The notes: generated by a model not told the origin, from the sequence alone. 64,000 nucleotides of DNA from an uncultured Bacillales bacterium (GCA_946628005.1 CAMOWA010000001.1:36140-100139), one strand, 5' to 3'. Positions 29,313 to 40,582 are shown, numbered from the stretch's first letter. Numbers and translations are program-made.

Positions 29313-30965
29313 CTAGTTCTCATTTAAATTTATCTTTCGCTTGATATATTCTTTTCCTGATAAATTATTTTCATTTGTTGCTTCTTCAATTAATTTTTCT
29401 TGACTTTCAATTTCGTTTCCTAGATATTCGCTATCTTTTTTTAGACTTTCTATTTGTTCTGAAATACTTGCTAGGTCAGTTTTTAAATCTTCTTTTCTTT
29501 GTGCAGAGTATTTTTTTCTTTTCCTTAATATACTAAATTTATTATCATCTATTATTTTCAAATATATTAATTCAACAATTAATACTCCTAAAATTGTTCC
29601 TCCTAAAATTATAGCAAATAACTTATAATCTCTTGTATAATTAAAATTATCTAAATCTTTAGTTTGTTTTATTACTGTATATTGATTTTGACCATATCCA
29701 TAATCTTCTGGTATTTCTTTCGATGTTTCGGTTTCAGTTGATGAAGTTTCTATTATTCCTCTTAGATTTTCTGTAAGAAACTCTTTTGGATCATTATAAC
29801 TATCAATATACTCTTCTGGAACGCTATATTTATATATAGTTCTTTCATGTTCTCCTTCTCTAAAAAATCCTGGACTACTCCATGGTGTTTTTTCTATAAT
29901 AATTACTGAATTATCATCACCTTTAGTATATCCTTTTTCTAGTGTGGTTTCTCCTGTCTCCGTTGTATATGTGCTTGTGTTAGTATAAAATTCTTTAGAT
30001 TGACCATATTTATCAGCAAGCTTATATCCACCAGTTAAAACAAATGCAAAAGCTACTGCATTAAATATAGCTCTAAATCCTGCTTTTCTTGTCTTTCTTT
30101 TTAATTCAGAATATTTTTCTTTTTCATTTTCATAATATGTTTCAGTTCTATTATATTTTTTTTGTATTTCTGATAATTCCTTATCTATTATTTCCAATTG
30201 TTTTTTATTCAATGTATATGTATCTTTTATTTCTTCTAGCATAGTTGAACTTTTTAAAATAGCTACTAATCTTATTAATTCTACATCTAGTAATAATCTA
30301 GGATTCATCCCTTTACTTTGTAACATATTAGCTCTATCATTAGCATCATCATCATTAACATTTTTTAAATCTTCTTCTATTAATTCAACTATAAACATTG
30401 AATCTGTTTCATCATCCATGATAGTATCTAATATTCTTCTTTCTTTAGTATATACTAATTCAATTTTCATTATTTCGTAGATTATTCTATATAATCTTGT
30501 TACTATATCTCTTTCTACTTCATAATCAATTGTTTTAGATTTTCTCATTTCTTGCAAGGTACTTATTGTAGTATCAATTACATTGTTAATATCAATTTTT
30601 TCATTTTTTATACTATTTTCAATAATTATTATTGCTTGTCCTATTTTATAATAATCATCACATTTTATGTTTAAAGCTCTTATTATTTCATCTAAAGATT
30701 TAGTTGCTTTTTGATAAATATTTGAAAATGCATCATGTGAAAAACTTTGAGCTGATTCTGTATAACTTTTATTATATTCTTCGTTATAATTTGCAGCCAC
30801 ATTTTCTACTAATGTTTTTTCAATTTTCTCTACTTCTTCTTCTATCGTGGCTACATTAAGTCCTATACTTTTTGCTTTTTGTATTAAATCTTTGGCTTCC
30901 ATTAATTTTCCCTGATAAACAATCGCAAAATCGTTTCTTAAATATACTTCAGAATTATTATCCAT
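29313..30965 (-). CDS. Hypothetical coiled-coil membrane protein (2 TM)
   Basis: 550 aa ORF, SD GGAG. Confidence 0.65.
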   Translation of the reverse strand: MDNNSEVYLRNDFAIVYQGKLMEAKDLIQKAKSIGLNVATIEEEVEKIEKTLVENVAANYNEEYNKSYTESAQSFSHDAFSNIYQKATKSLDEIIRALNIKCDDYYKIGQAIIIIENSIKNEKIDINNVIDTTISTLQEMRKSKTIDYEVERDIVTRLYRIIYEIMKIELVYTKERRILDTIMDDETDSMFIVELIEEDLKNVNDDDANDRANMLQSKGMNPRLLLDVELIRLVAILKSSTMLEEIKDTYTLNKKQLEIIDKELSEIQKKYNRTETYYENEKEKYSELKRKTRKAGFRAIFNAVAFAFVLTGGYKLADKYGQSKEFYTNTSTYTTETGETTLEKGYTKGDDNSVIIIEKTPWSSPGFFREGEHERTIYKYSVPEEYIDSYNDPKEFLTENLRGIIETSSTETETSKEIPEDYGYGQNQYTVIKQTKDLDNFNYTRDYKLFAIILGGTILGVLIVELIYLKIIDDNKFSILRKRKKYSAQRKEDLKTDLASISEQIESLKKDSEYLGNEIESQEKLIEEATNENNLSGKEYIKRKINLNEN

Positions 30966-31043
30966 ATCTCCTCACTCCAATTTCGAATAATATATCATTT
31001 TTTTTCTTATTTTACAATAAAAAATAGAGAAAAAATTCTCTAT

Positions 31044-31592
31044 TTAAACAGTTAATAGTTCTTTTTCTTTTTCTTTTAGTGATGATTCTATTTTACTATT
31101 ATATTCATTTACAATATCTTGTATTTCTTTTTCAATGGATTTTTCTTCGTCTTCTGGGAATTCTCCTTTTTTAATGTCTTCTAATCCTTCATGACGAATA
31201 TTTCTAACAGATACTTTAGCGTCTTCAGCAATTGATTTCACTTGTTTTACTAATTCTTTTCTTCTTTCTTCTGTAAGTTCTGGTATAACAATTCTTATTG
31301 TTTCACCATCATTTCCTGGATTATATCCTAGGTTAGCTGCTAAAATAGCTTTTTCAATAGATCCTAATGAACTCTTATCAAAAGGTTTAATTAGTAATTG
31401 TCTTGCTTCAGGAACAGAAATTGTTGCTAGTTGTTTAAGTGGGGTCATACTTCCATAATAATCAACCATTACACCATCTAGGCTTGATGGATTTGCTCGT
31501 CCTGCTCTAACTGTTGTAAACTTTTTTTCTAAATTTTCAATTGTCTTATCCATTTTATCTGTTACATTTAATATTATTTCATCCCTATCCAT
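31044..31592 (-). CDS. frr: Ribosome recycling factor
   Basis: RAGRANP, VDYYG, PELTEERRKEL. Confidence 0.97.
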   Translation of the reverse strand: MDRDEIILNVTDKMDKTIENLEKKFTTVRAGRANPSSLDGVMVDYYGSMTPLKQLATISVPEARQLLIKPFDKSSLGSIEKAILAANLGYNPGNDGETIRIVIPELTEERRKELVKQVKSIAEDAKVSVRNIRHEGLEDIKKGEFPEDEEKSIEKEIQDIVNEYNSKIESSLKEKEKELLTV

Positions 31593-31647
31593 TTCTTCAT
31601 CTCCTCATATGAATATTATAATCTATTTAGATATGAAATGAAAGTAA

Positions 31648-33114
31648 TTATTCTACTATTTCTATTTTTTTATCTTTTTTTGATGAATTATCTGATTTAA
31701 ATTTAGATTCATATTTTGACTCATTCTTTGAACTATTTTTTTTAAATAATAATATACCTAAAACTACTAATGCTACTGATTCAATGATAGCTATAGGCTT
31801 AAAATAATTTTTAGATGTTTTATCTATAGTTGCTCTTGTTATAAAATAGTTTTTTCCTTTTGTTACAGAAAACTCTGCTTCATTATCTTTTACAATAATA
31901 TTATCCTTTACTAAAACTATTTCATTTTTATCTTCATCATAATAATAGACATTTACTTTTTCTCCGTCTTTAAAAGTATTTTTTACATTTATTTTTAAAG
32001 TGGATTTTGGTATTTTCATACTAGATAGTTCAATATATTTACCTGTTCTAAATCCGGCTTTTGTATCAAACTTATCTTTTCTTTTAAATTCAAATCCTAT
32101 TTTTGGACTAAATTCTACTAATTGTCCTAATTTATTACCATCAATTGTCCATGTATAAATATCATTTTTCTCGTCATCAACTTTTTTGAAAGATACTTGT
32201 TTTTTTGACTTTTTAATCTTATCTAAAATATCTTTAGTAATTTTATCTTCATCTTTAATAATAATTGATACTATCTTGTCTTTTTCTTTTAGGGCATCAT
32301 CTATCTCAGATATAGGATATTCATTTTCTTTTCTTTTTACATTAACATAATAAGTCTTTGTATCTCCATTTTCTGCCGTTACAACAATTTCAAACTTATT
32401 ATCTCCTTCTTTTAGTTTTACTTTAGCTGCTCCTTTTACGCTGGACTTTTCATCTTCTGCTGATGCTTTAATACTTATTTCTTCAACGATATGGTTAACT
32501 GTTAAGGAATAATTTACATCATCATCTTTTTTTAGTTCAAAACTCTCAACAGATATTTCTCTTATATTTGTATTTGATGATTTTTCTTCTCCTGCAGTTA
32601 CTGGGGACTGAATATTATCATTTCTATTATTGTTATTGTTGTTACTTGGAGTTGGACTATATGATGGTGCTGGTGTTGGGGATGGCGTTGGAGATGGAGA
32701 TGGAGATGGTGTTGGATCTGGAGTTGGAGGAGGAGCGGGATTTGATACTGTAACCGTTGCACTTCCATATAATCCAACAGCATTTCCATCTTCTGCTCCT
32801 GTAACATCTCCACTTAAAGATATATTAATTGTTCCTGTTCCAGTTGCAGTACAGGTTGCTTGAAATGACTTTGATGTATTCATTGCGTCTGCAGTCGCAT
32901 CAGCTAGATCAATTGTACATCCACTTACTGGTCCTGATGATGTTACATGAACTTGCCAAGCTGCAGCTTGATTAACATATACAGAGACTGTAAAACTATT
33001 TCCTACTATTACGTTTCTACTACTTACTGATAATGATCCTGATGCAGCTTTAACTATTTTTGTTTGAAAAATAAGTCCGAATAATAGAAGAGCTATCATT
33101 ATTTTCTTTTTCAT
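31648..33114 (-). CDS. Surface anchor protein: cohesin-like N-domain, P/T/S linker, cadherin-like domain, C-terminal TM
   Basis: Signal peptide ending VKA; VIVGNSFTVSV; PTPSPS linker; LKEGDNKFEIVVTAENGDTKTY; C-terminal TM plus basic tail. Confidence 0.7.
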   Translation of the reverse strand: MKKKIMIALLLFGLIFQTKIVKAASGSLSVSSRNVIVGNSFTVSVYVNQAAAWQVHVTSSGPVSGCTIDLADATADAMNTSKSFQATCTATGTGTINISLSGDVTGAEDGNAVGLYGSATVTVSNPAPPPTPDPTPSPSPSPTPSPTPAPSYSPTPSNNNNNNRNDNIQSPVTAGEEKSSNTNIREISVESFELKKDDDVNYSLTVNHIVEEISIKASAEDEKSSVKGAAKVKLKEGDNKFEIVVTAENGDTKTYYVNVKRKENEYPISEIDDALKEKDKIVSIIIKDEDKITKDILDKIKKSKKQVSFKKVDDEKNDIYTWTIDGNKLGQLVEFSPKIGFEFKRKDKFDTKAGFRTGKYIELSSMKIPKSTLKINVKNTFKDGEKVNVYYYDEDKNEIVLVKDNIIVKDNEAEFSVTKGKNYFITRATIDKTSKNYFKPIAIIESVALVVLGILLFKKNSSKNESKYESKFKSDNSSKKDKKIEIVE

Positions 33115-33125
33115 TATACTTCCTC

Positions 33126-35822
33126 CTATGAAATTGGTTTTGTTCCAATTAAATGTTGTCTCATTCTAAGTAAATCTGCTGAATTAATTGTTTTGTCATG
33201 GTTAATATCTGCAGCTAGATATGGTACTCCACTTAATGTCTTTGTTCGTATTAAATGTTGTCTCATTTTTAATAAGTCGGCTGAATTTACTGATCCATCT
33301 TCATTAATATCACCTGGGACGCAGTTTATAAATTCATCTACTACTTGTCCATTTTTTAAAATTTGTGTTTTTGAACCTGTATATATCACATTTTTCCCTT
33401 TTAAATCGATACTTAATTCATATCCACTCTTCATTGTAAAATGTGATTTATATTTATCTATATTCGTATTAATAGCAATTAAATTTATATAATTTGTATT
33501 TTCTACTACTTCGTAATCTTTTATTGAGAATGGTAGTATTTTTTTCCATTCAGCATATAGTGTAACAACTTCATTATCTCTAAATGTCATATTTATAACA
33601 CTGGCTTCATCTTTGTATTTTGTTCCACTGCCATTAGCTTGTGTGTTCCATCCTACAAATTCATAGTCTTCTCTTGTAAATGTGTTTTTAATTAACTTAT
33701 ATGAATTATCATATATAAAGTTTTGTTCTCCCATTGTTCCTACTCCACCATTAGCATTATATGTAACTTTATATTGAATAGGTGTCCATTGTGCATATAA
33801 TGTTATATTTTCTTCTATGGACTCTATACTTTCTTGATCTGAATAACTAGTTCCACTTCCATCTATTTTGGTATTCCAGTTTTTAAATACATATCCTGTT
33901 TTAGAGAAAGAATTTGCTTTTAAGTTAAATGCTGTTAGAGAAGATACATTTTGTGTTGTAAGAGATGGGCTTCCATTATTTGCATAGAAAGTTATTCGAT
34001 ATGTCTGACCTTCTCCTATTTGAATACTAATGTCTTCTTGAGCTTGATTATAAATCGCTCTTAACGTATATAGTCCACTTGGTATAGATGAATTAATTGT
34101 TATTAAAGGGTTAATATCATTTTTAGCAATCTTATTATTTGTAACATTTAAATAATTAGATACATCTTGATTCTTTTTATTTAATAATTGATAATTAATT
34201 AAAGAGTTTGAATTTATATTTTTAGAATAAGTATATGCTCTGAAACTATAATTAGAAGAATTTAATGCAAATTTTAATGACTCTGTTTTTGCTTTTAGTA
34301 TTGGTTTTTCTTCAATATTACTTGTAAATACAGACATACTATCTTTTACTAAAGATACTTTATTTGAACTTGCTATTTTAACATTAAAAGATGAATCTGT
34401 AATTACTATATTTTTATCAGATAAATCAATTGTATATATTCCTGGATAATCAACTGTAACGGTTTTAATATTTTGATATGATTCTTTATCTGATGTAATA
34501 GATATTGTAAATGTTCCTGCTTTTCCAAATGAAAAGAATTTTACTTTTTCTACTTTTTCAGCAGAATCTATATTTTTTTCAAATTTAATTGTATCAGAAA
34601 TATTATGATAAATATAAAATGAATCTAGTGTTTTATGATAATTATTGTCCCAAGTCTTATTTTCCATTGATGTAATATCTGTTAATATATAAAAATCATC
34701 TAGTATGGAGTCAAAAGCTAAATATACATATGAGTAACTTGTTCCCCAAGAATTTCTAAGTATCCATGCTCCTTTTCCGTTTACTAAGTTAGAACTACTA
34801 CATGATGAAGTATTTTGGGAATGAGCATTACCACTTTTACAGTATGAGTATGAATAATTGTCATTCCAACCAATTATTTGCATTGCGTGGCCTGCGTTTT
34901 GTTCACAGCCATTGTCTACTCTTATAATTGTATTTCCGTCAGAATTTTTTGAGCTACAAGAAAATCCTGGTCCTTGTGTTCCAACATATGCGCCACCAGA
35001 ATTCATTACGTATTGTTTTATCGCGTTTATTATATTTTGTTTTTCTGTTGCCGTTGTATCTGTATCTATTGTTGGCATCATTACTGTTGAATTAACTTCA
35101 TAAAGGGAATTTGAATAATTTAATACTTCTGAAAGTTCTTTTTGTGTTTTTTGTTCATTAAATGGCATCTTATTTTCATTCACTAATCCAAGTGCGTTGG
35201 ACATAATCAATGATGATGTTAAAAAGTTTCCTCCTGCTCCAAGTTCTCTTGTACCATTTTCATTTACATAGTCTTTTATTCCATTCGTACTACTTGCATA
35301 GTCTATTTGTCTTGTTGAAAACAATATTGAAGAAGCATTATATGGAGTATTATTCTTTAACATTACATAACTTTCTGCTTGTTCTACTAGTGTAAAATCC
35401 CAGCATAAATCTAATGATGCTTGATTTTTTAATGGGGTTATATAGCTATTTCCATTGATATTTCTTAAATCAAACGATGATGGTAGGGAACCAACTTTTT
35501 TTACTTCTACTGGAAAGTCAACTGTATAAGTACTAGGAATTTCCTCTACATTTCTTTTTTCTGTATCACTTAATGATAAATATCTTATATATTTAGGATT
35601 TAAATATGGAGTGTTTTCTTCTTTATTATCTTCTGTTTGTACAACTTTACCTGTTGCATTATAAACTTTTTTAATATATTCTTTTATATCTTTATTAAAA
35701 TATTTATATGGTTCTTGTCTCAATATTTTATTTATAGTGTTCTCTTTTCTTGCATATAAAAAAAGGGAAAGCACTGATAGCATCACTATTACTATTACTA
35801 TTTTTTTCCTACTCTTCTTCAT
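33126..35822 (-). CDS. Papain-family (C1) cysteine protease with InlB B-repeats and a C-terminal dockerin
   Basis: LPSSFDLR, KNQ..LCWDF, GHAMQIIGW, RNSWG; two F..WNT...G.G repeats; GDINEDGSVNSADLL / ADINHDKTINSADLL. Confidence 0.88.
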   Translation of the reverse strand: MKKSRKKIVIVIVMLSVLSLFLYARKENTINKILRQEPYKYFNKDIKEYIKKVYNATGKVVQTEDNKEENTPYLNPKYIRYLSLSDTEKRNVEEIPSTYTVDFPVEVKKVGSLPSSFDLRNINGNSYITPLKNQASLDLCWDFTLVEQAESYVMLKNNTPYNASSILFSTRQIDYASSTNGIKDYVNENGTRELGAGGNFLTSSLIMSNALGLVNENKMPFNEQKTQKELSEVLNYSNSLYEVNSTVMMPTIDTDTTATEKQNIINAIKQYVMNSGGAYVGTQGPGFSCSSKNSDGNTIIRVDNGCEQNAGHAMQIIGWNDNYSYSYCKSGNAHSQNTSSCSSSNLVNGKGAWILRNSWGTSYSYVYLAFDSILDDFYILTDITSMENKTWDNNYHKTLDSFYIYHNISDTIKFEKNIDSAEKVEKVKFFSFGKAGTFTISITSDKESYQNIKTVTVDYPGIYTIDLSDKNIVITDSSFNVKIASSNKVSLVKDSMSVFTSNIEEKPILKAKTESLKFALNSSNYSFRAYTYSKNINSNSLINYQLLNKKNQDVSNYLNVTNNKIAKNDINPLITINSSIPSGLYTLRAIYNQAQEDISIQIGEGQTYRITFYANNGSPSLTTQNVSSLTAFNLKANSFSKTGYVFKNWNTKIDGSGTSYSDQESIESIEENITLYAQWTPIQYKVTYNANGGVGTMGEQNFIYDNSYKLIKNTFTREDYEFVGWNTQANGSGTKYKDEASVINMTFRDNEVVTLYAEWKKILPFSIKDYEVVENTNYINLIAINTNIDKYKSHFTMKSGYELSIDLKGKNVIYTGSKTQILKNGQVVDEFINCVPGDINEDGSVNSADLLKMRQHLIRTKTLSGVPYLAADINHDKTINSADLLRMRQHLIGTKPIS

Positions 35823-35949
35823 TTTATATCTCCTACTATATGTTTAGTATAACAAAATTATTACTTAGAGTAAATCAACAAAATAAAAACATTCTTTTTT
35901 TTTGTCATTTTACGTAAAAAAAAAGAATATTTTCATATTCTTAAATGTT

Positions 35950-36696
35950 TTAGTATGTACATACGTAAAAAATAAATATTAAAAAGATTATAAATAAGAT
36001 TGTAAATATTATAAATAATAATTTTACTATTAGATTTAACCAATCAAAATTCTCTTTATTTTCTTCTTTTAATGAACCTATTTCTTTTATATCTTTCTTT
36101 TTAGGGAAGGAGACTTTATTAGAATTATCTTTTTTAGTTATTTTTTCTATCTTTTTTAATTTTTCTTTGGTACTTTTTGGAACAGCTATTGTTTTTGTAT
36201 TAAAATAGTGTGATGAGTTTTCAAAGATATTTGAAATAACTTTGTCGCTTTCTTCGTTTTGATCAATATCTTTTATTACATCGGCTACCTTATCTTCTAA
36301 TGATTTTTCTTCTTTTTCTATTTCTTTTTTCTCTTCTGTCTTTTTTCTTGTTGAATTTTTTAATTTAGTTTTATTTTCTTTTGTAATATTTATTTTTCTC
36401 TTTACTGTGCCTTTTTTCTTTGTTTCTTTAGATACTTTTCTTTCTGGTACTATTACCTCTTCTTTTTTCTTTGTGGTCGTTTTTTTCTTTCTTTCTTCTG
36501 CAACAATTGCTTCCTTTTTTGGGGTTGATTTTTTCTTTTTTGTTGGCATTGTAGAAGCTTGTTTTAGTTTTTCTACTTCTGCTTTTTTTAATATTGTTGT
36601 ATTATCTAATTCTTTTTTTTCTTTTAATAGTTTGTCCAATTGTTTATTAATTTTTTTTACTGCATTTCTAGAAGTTTTTTTAGTCATATTACTCAC
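35950..36696 (-). CDS. Lys-rich tail-anchored membrane protein
   Basis: Low-complexity K/E/T region, C-terminal TM. Confidence 0.6.
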   Translation of the reverse strand: MSNMTKKTSRNAVKKINKQLDKLLKEKKELDNTTILKKAEVEKLKQASTMPTKKKKSTPKKEAIVAEERKKKTTTKKKEEVIVPERKVSKETKKKGTVKRKINITKENKTKLKNSTRKKTEEKKEIEKEEKSLEDKVADVIKDIDQNEESDKVISNIFENSSHYFNTKTIAVPKSTKEKLKKIEKITKKDNSNKVSFPKKKDIKEIGSLKEENKENFDWLNLIVKLLFIIFTILFIIFLIFIFYVCTY

Positions 36697-36779
36697 CCCT
36701 TATATGCGTTTTTATTATATCAAAAAAATTAAAATTATCAAGCTATTTAATAAAGAAAAAGAGAAATTCTCTTTTCTTC

Positions 36780-38864
36780 TTAATAAATGGTTCCTCCCCA
36801 TTCTACTGCTGTGAAGCCTTTTCTTTTAAATCTTGTTAATTTTTCTTCTTTTATATTTACTTTTTCTTTTACTTTTTTCACATGGATAACTACTCTTAGT
36901 AGGGAGTCTGGTTTAGGAGTAATATTTATTTTATTTACTTTTTCCCTTTCTTCCGTTAGTTCAAAATAAATTAAGTTTTTTTCATTTTTTTCTATTATAG
37001 GTAACCAATACATAATAAATTCATTTTTTTCTTTTTTGTTAAGTCCAATAATATCTAATTTTTCTTCTAAAAATTCAATTGCTTCATCTTTTTCAACATA
37101 GAATCCTTCTTTAAAATCTGTTTGATGTACTTGTTTTTCATCCCAGTAAAGCCCATAATAGTATTTTCCATCTTTATCATATAAATCTCCATTTTTATAG
37201 GCTTTTACATTCCATTCTCCAAGGAATTTAGGATAAGTTGTTTCTAAATATTCTGGATGGGAAAATGTTACTTTTACATTTGTGGTTTTTTGAGGGTATA
37301 AATATAGTATTGGTTTTGCTATACCACCACATGGACTTGATTTTATCTCGCCTTTATTATTGGATGAGTTGTAAATAACTTCTATGCATTCTATTTCAGT
37401 ATTACCTTCTCTAATTTCTGATTTAGTAAATTGGAATAAAGCTCCATCATTATAAGATAATCCATAATTAATTTTTCCTAAATCTACTTCTTTGTAATTA
37501 TATAATTCCTTTCCTTTTATAGATATTAGTTTTAGTTCCGTATTATCTTGCACTAGTATATATTTACCATCTACTGCCCAATATATTTTATCATATTTAT
37601 CTTTTAATAATTCCTGTCCATAATGATCAAATATATGTCCATCTCCAAATTCATCAATTGTCCATAAATATTTGCCACTTTGTAACATAGTTTTATACTC
37701 TAATGGTAAAAGTTCTTTATTTTCTTTATAATTTAATATTCCATAATTTGCTTTAGAATAGTCGTAATTATGGTTTTCAACTGCTATAACGCCATCTTCT
37801 AGTGCATTAATACTCGTTACTGGTCCACTTGTTCCCATATATAATCTTGGTGATATGTTATCATATTTATGTGATACTACTCTTTCATTTGTCTTGATAT
37901 TATAAATTCCCCATTTATCATTAACTTGAATTGCTATAAAAGTTGAATCATACTTATCATCATATTGTATTGGTAAAATTGCTTGATAATTTAATCCATC
38001 TAAGATTTTTTCTTTAGTCTTGAAATTAATCATATGAGCAAGATATTCATTATCATAATATAATACAAAGGGAGAATCTTTTTCACTTAACAAAGTTAAG
38101 TTTTGATAAGCTCCTTCTATATTAAAGCCATAAGTTTCATAGTCATCTTTTTTAGATGGTTCCTTTAATGTAGCTTTTCCAGTTTCTTTTGATACATATA
38201 CTTTTATATCATCTTCTTTTATTATTGGTGTTTCTTTTTTTTCTTGTTTTTTTCCATAAGAATAACTTGTTTTTTTATTATCAATTTGACATTTATTTAA
38301 GTAAATATTTCCATCATCATATATTTCATGTTCTTTGCACTCTACTTTATATTTATAATCAATCAATTTTACTGCATCTTCAAATTCTAATAATACGTTT
38401 TGTTTATCATAGTATACGGCAATTATTCCTTTTAAAGCATCTCCATAGCCATTAATTATTTTTTCTTGTCTTTCTTTTGTTAGTTCTTTTGTTTTATTTT
38501 TTGTTTTTGTTGTTTTATTATTAGTTATTGTACATAAAATTATTATTAAGATAATTAATAATATAATCACAAGTATTATTATTTTTTTCTTATTATTTTT
38601 CTTTTCTATTTTTTTTCCTTCTTTATTAGAATCCGTTTCCTGTTTTTCTATTATTTTTGTATCATCTTTTTGCTCTTTTGTATCCGTTTTATTTATAGTT
38701 AAATCATCTTTGGGACTTTCTATATCATCAATACTATCTATTTTTTTTGTTTCATTTTCTTTCTCTTCTTCTTTTTCTTCAGTTTCTTCTTCTAATTCTA
38801 TATTTCTTATGCTTTCTATTTGCTCATCAATTTTTTCTATAGGACTTTTTTCATTGTCGGTCAC
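36780..38864 (-). CDS. Membrane-anchored protein with WG-like repeats and a C-terminal KPILYLYP...EWGG domain
   Basis: TM near residues 95-112; KWGIY/YGIL repeats; AKPILYLYP, YGLYWD, NEFIMYWLP, AVEWGG. Confidence 0.7.
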   Translation of the reverse strand: MTDNEKSPIEKIDEQIESIRNIELEEETEEKEEEKENETKKIDSIDDIESPKDDLTINKTDTKEQKDDTKIIEKQETDSNKEGKKIEKKNNKKKIIILVIILLIILIIILCTITNNKTTKTKNKTKELTKERQEKIINGYGDALKGIIAVYYDKQNVLLEFEDAVKLIDYKYKVECKEHEIYDDGNIYLNKCQIDNKKTSYSYGKKQEKKETPIIKEDDIKVYVSKETGKATLKEPSKKDDYETYGFNIEGAYQNLTLLSEKDSPFVLYYDNEYLAHMINFKTKEKILDGLNYQAILPIQYDDKYDSTFIAIQVNDKWGIYNIKTNERVVSHKYDNISPRLYMGTSGPVTSINALEDGVIAVENHNYDYSKANYGILNYKENKELLPLEYKTMLQSGKYLWTIDEFGDGHIFDHYGQELLKDKYDKIYWAVDGKYILVQDNTELKLISIKGKELYNYKEVDLGKINYGLSYNDGALFQFTKSEIREGNTEIECIEVIYNSSNNKGEIKSSPCGGIAKPILYLYPQKTTNVKVTFSHPEYLETTYPKFLGEWNVKAYKNGDLYDKDGKYYYGLYWDEKQVHQTDFKEGFYVEKDEAIEFLEEKLDIIGLNKKEKNEFIMYWLPIIEKNEKNLIYFELTEEREKVNKINITPKPDSLLRVVIHVKKVKEKVNIKEEKLTRFKRKGFTAVEWGGTIY

Positions 38865-39034
38865 TTCTTATCACCTCTATTATGATAAGTATAGCAAAAA
38901 AAAGCCTTTTATTTCTATTTTTCTTTTTTATATTGATTTTATTTAACATATTTTTACATATATGAAAAAAAGAATATGTTTAAACATATTCTATTACCTA
39001 AATCAAAATACAAAACTATAACTATTATAAATTA

Positions 39035-39474
39035 TTATCTTTTAGATTTTTTTTGGCAGGAATTATCTTTTTCTGAGAACCCCATTAATTCAAATAGGAT
39101 ACCTTCATTAATAGGACACATTTGTAATAAAATTTCATAGTCAACATTGTCATTAAATTGTTTTTTTTCATAATTGTAAGTTCTTAAATTTATTTTTGAT
39201 GTTGTATTAGAATCAGATTTATCGGCAATAATAAGAATATGTGAATCATCTTCTATTATATAACCTATTACATTTCCAGGAACAAATTCTTGAGAATAAG
39301 TATCAAGTAAATGATATTTATGAGTTTCTTCTGAATAGAATAACAAATAAAAATGAGAAACACAATCAAAATCTAAAATATGCGAGTAGGAGGAGCAAAA
39401 GAGTTATCATCCCAATCTACACGAGCATATTTTGAATCTATATTAGGATCAAATAAATATTTAGTCAACGTCAT
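39035..39474 (-). pseudogene. Hypothetical gene split by a -1 frameshift near 39376
   Basis: SD GAGGTG plus ATG at 39474 gives MTLTKYLF...RIF*, continuing in the -1 frame as LDFDCVSHFYLLFYSEE into ORF 39035-39346. Confidence 0.5.
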
Positions 39475-39609
39475 AATAATCACCTCTTAATTACTTAGTT
39501 TGTTATTATAAAGATGCATATAAATAATCAAGCATAAATTTTCAAGCAAGAGCAATTTTATAGAAATCAAGCAACATCTTAATATAAAAAAGATACTTGT
39601 TGTATCTTC

Positions 39610-40518
39610 TTATTGTGCTGCATTAATTTGGGCAGCTACTTCTTCGGCAAAGTTTTCTTGTTTCTTTTCTATTCCTTCACCTACTTGGTAACGAACCATA
39701 GAAACAACTTCTCCGCCATTTTGTTTTACATATTTTTCAACTGTCATAGATGAGTCTTTAATAAAATCTTGTTCTACTAAACAATTTTCTTTAAAGAATT
39801 TAGAAAGTTTACCTGTAGCCATTTTATCTAAAATTTCTTCTGACTTGCTGTTATTTTTTTCATCATTTTTCATTTCTGCTTTGATCATTTCTTTTTCATG
39901 TTCAACAATATCTTCTGGTACTTGATCACGATTTACAGCAATTGGATTCATTGCAGCAGCTTGCATAGCAACATCTCTAGCAACGTCTCTAGCATTATCT
40001 GTATCACTTAATCCTTTTAAAGTAACAATAGCTGTTATTCTTCCACCCATATGAGAATAAATTCCAAATGTTTCATCATCTGCTTTTGTTACTCTCATAA
40101 AACGTCTAAAACTAATTTTTTCTCCAATAGTTGCTGTTTCTTCAACAATTCTTTCATTTACTGTTTTACCATCTTTTAATTTAACTTCATTGGCTTCTTC
40201 AGTGTTTGTACATTTTGCAAACAATAAAGCTTCTCTCAATTCTTTCACTAATCCCTGGAATTTTTCATTTTTTGTAACGAAATCTGTTTCACAATTAACT
40301 TCGAAAATAATTGCTTCATTATCATTAGATGCTGCTTCTGTAATTCCTTCAGCAGCAATTCTTGATTCTTTTTTAGCTGCCTTAGCAATTCCTTTTTCTC
40401 TTAACCAATCAATTGCACTATCCATATTTCCTTCGCATGCTTCAAGAGCTCTTTTACAGTCCATCATTCCTGCACCAGTTTTTTCTCTTAATTCTTTTAC
40501 ATCACTTGCTTTAAGCAT
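39610..40518 (-). CDS. tsf: Elongation factor Ts
   Basis: LREKTGAGMMDCK, EVNCETDFV. Confidence 0.98.
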   Translation of the reverse strand: MLKASDVKELREKTGAGMMDCKRALEACEGNMDSAIDWLREKGIAKAAKKESRIAAEGITEAASNDNEAIIFEVNCETDFVTKNEKFQGLVKELREALLFAKCTNTEEANEVKLKDGKTVNERIVEETATIGEKISFRRFMRVTKADDETFGIYSHMGGRITAIVTLKGLSDTDNARDVARDVAMQAAAMNPIAVNRDQVPEDIVEHEKEMIKAEMKNDEKNNSKSEEILDKMATGKLSKFFKENCLVEQDFIKDSSMTVEKYVKQNGGEVVSMVRYQVGEGIEKKQENFAEEVAAQINAAQ

Positions 40519-40582
40519 TTTTACTCCTCCATTTCATTTATTACACAATAAAGGAAGTGAATCATCGCTTCCTTGTAAGTTT

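Noticed and set aside
32630-32745. GGAGAT/GGTGTT-type short tandem repeats
   Set aside because: They encode the Pro/Thr/Ser/Asn linker; not a CRISPR or mobile repeat.
39035-39474. Programmed frameshift at AUA-UUU-UAG
   Set aside because: Only a T4 run and no stimulatory element; simple decay or a sequencing error is more parsimonious.
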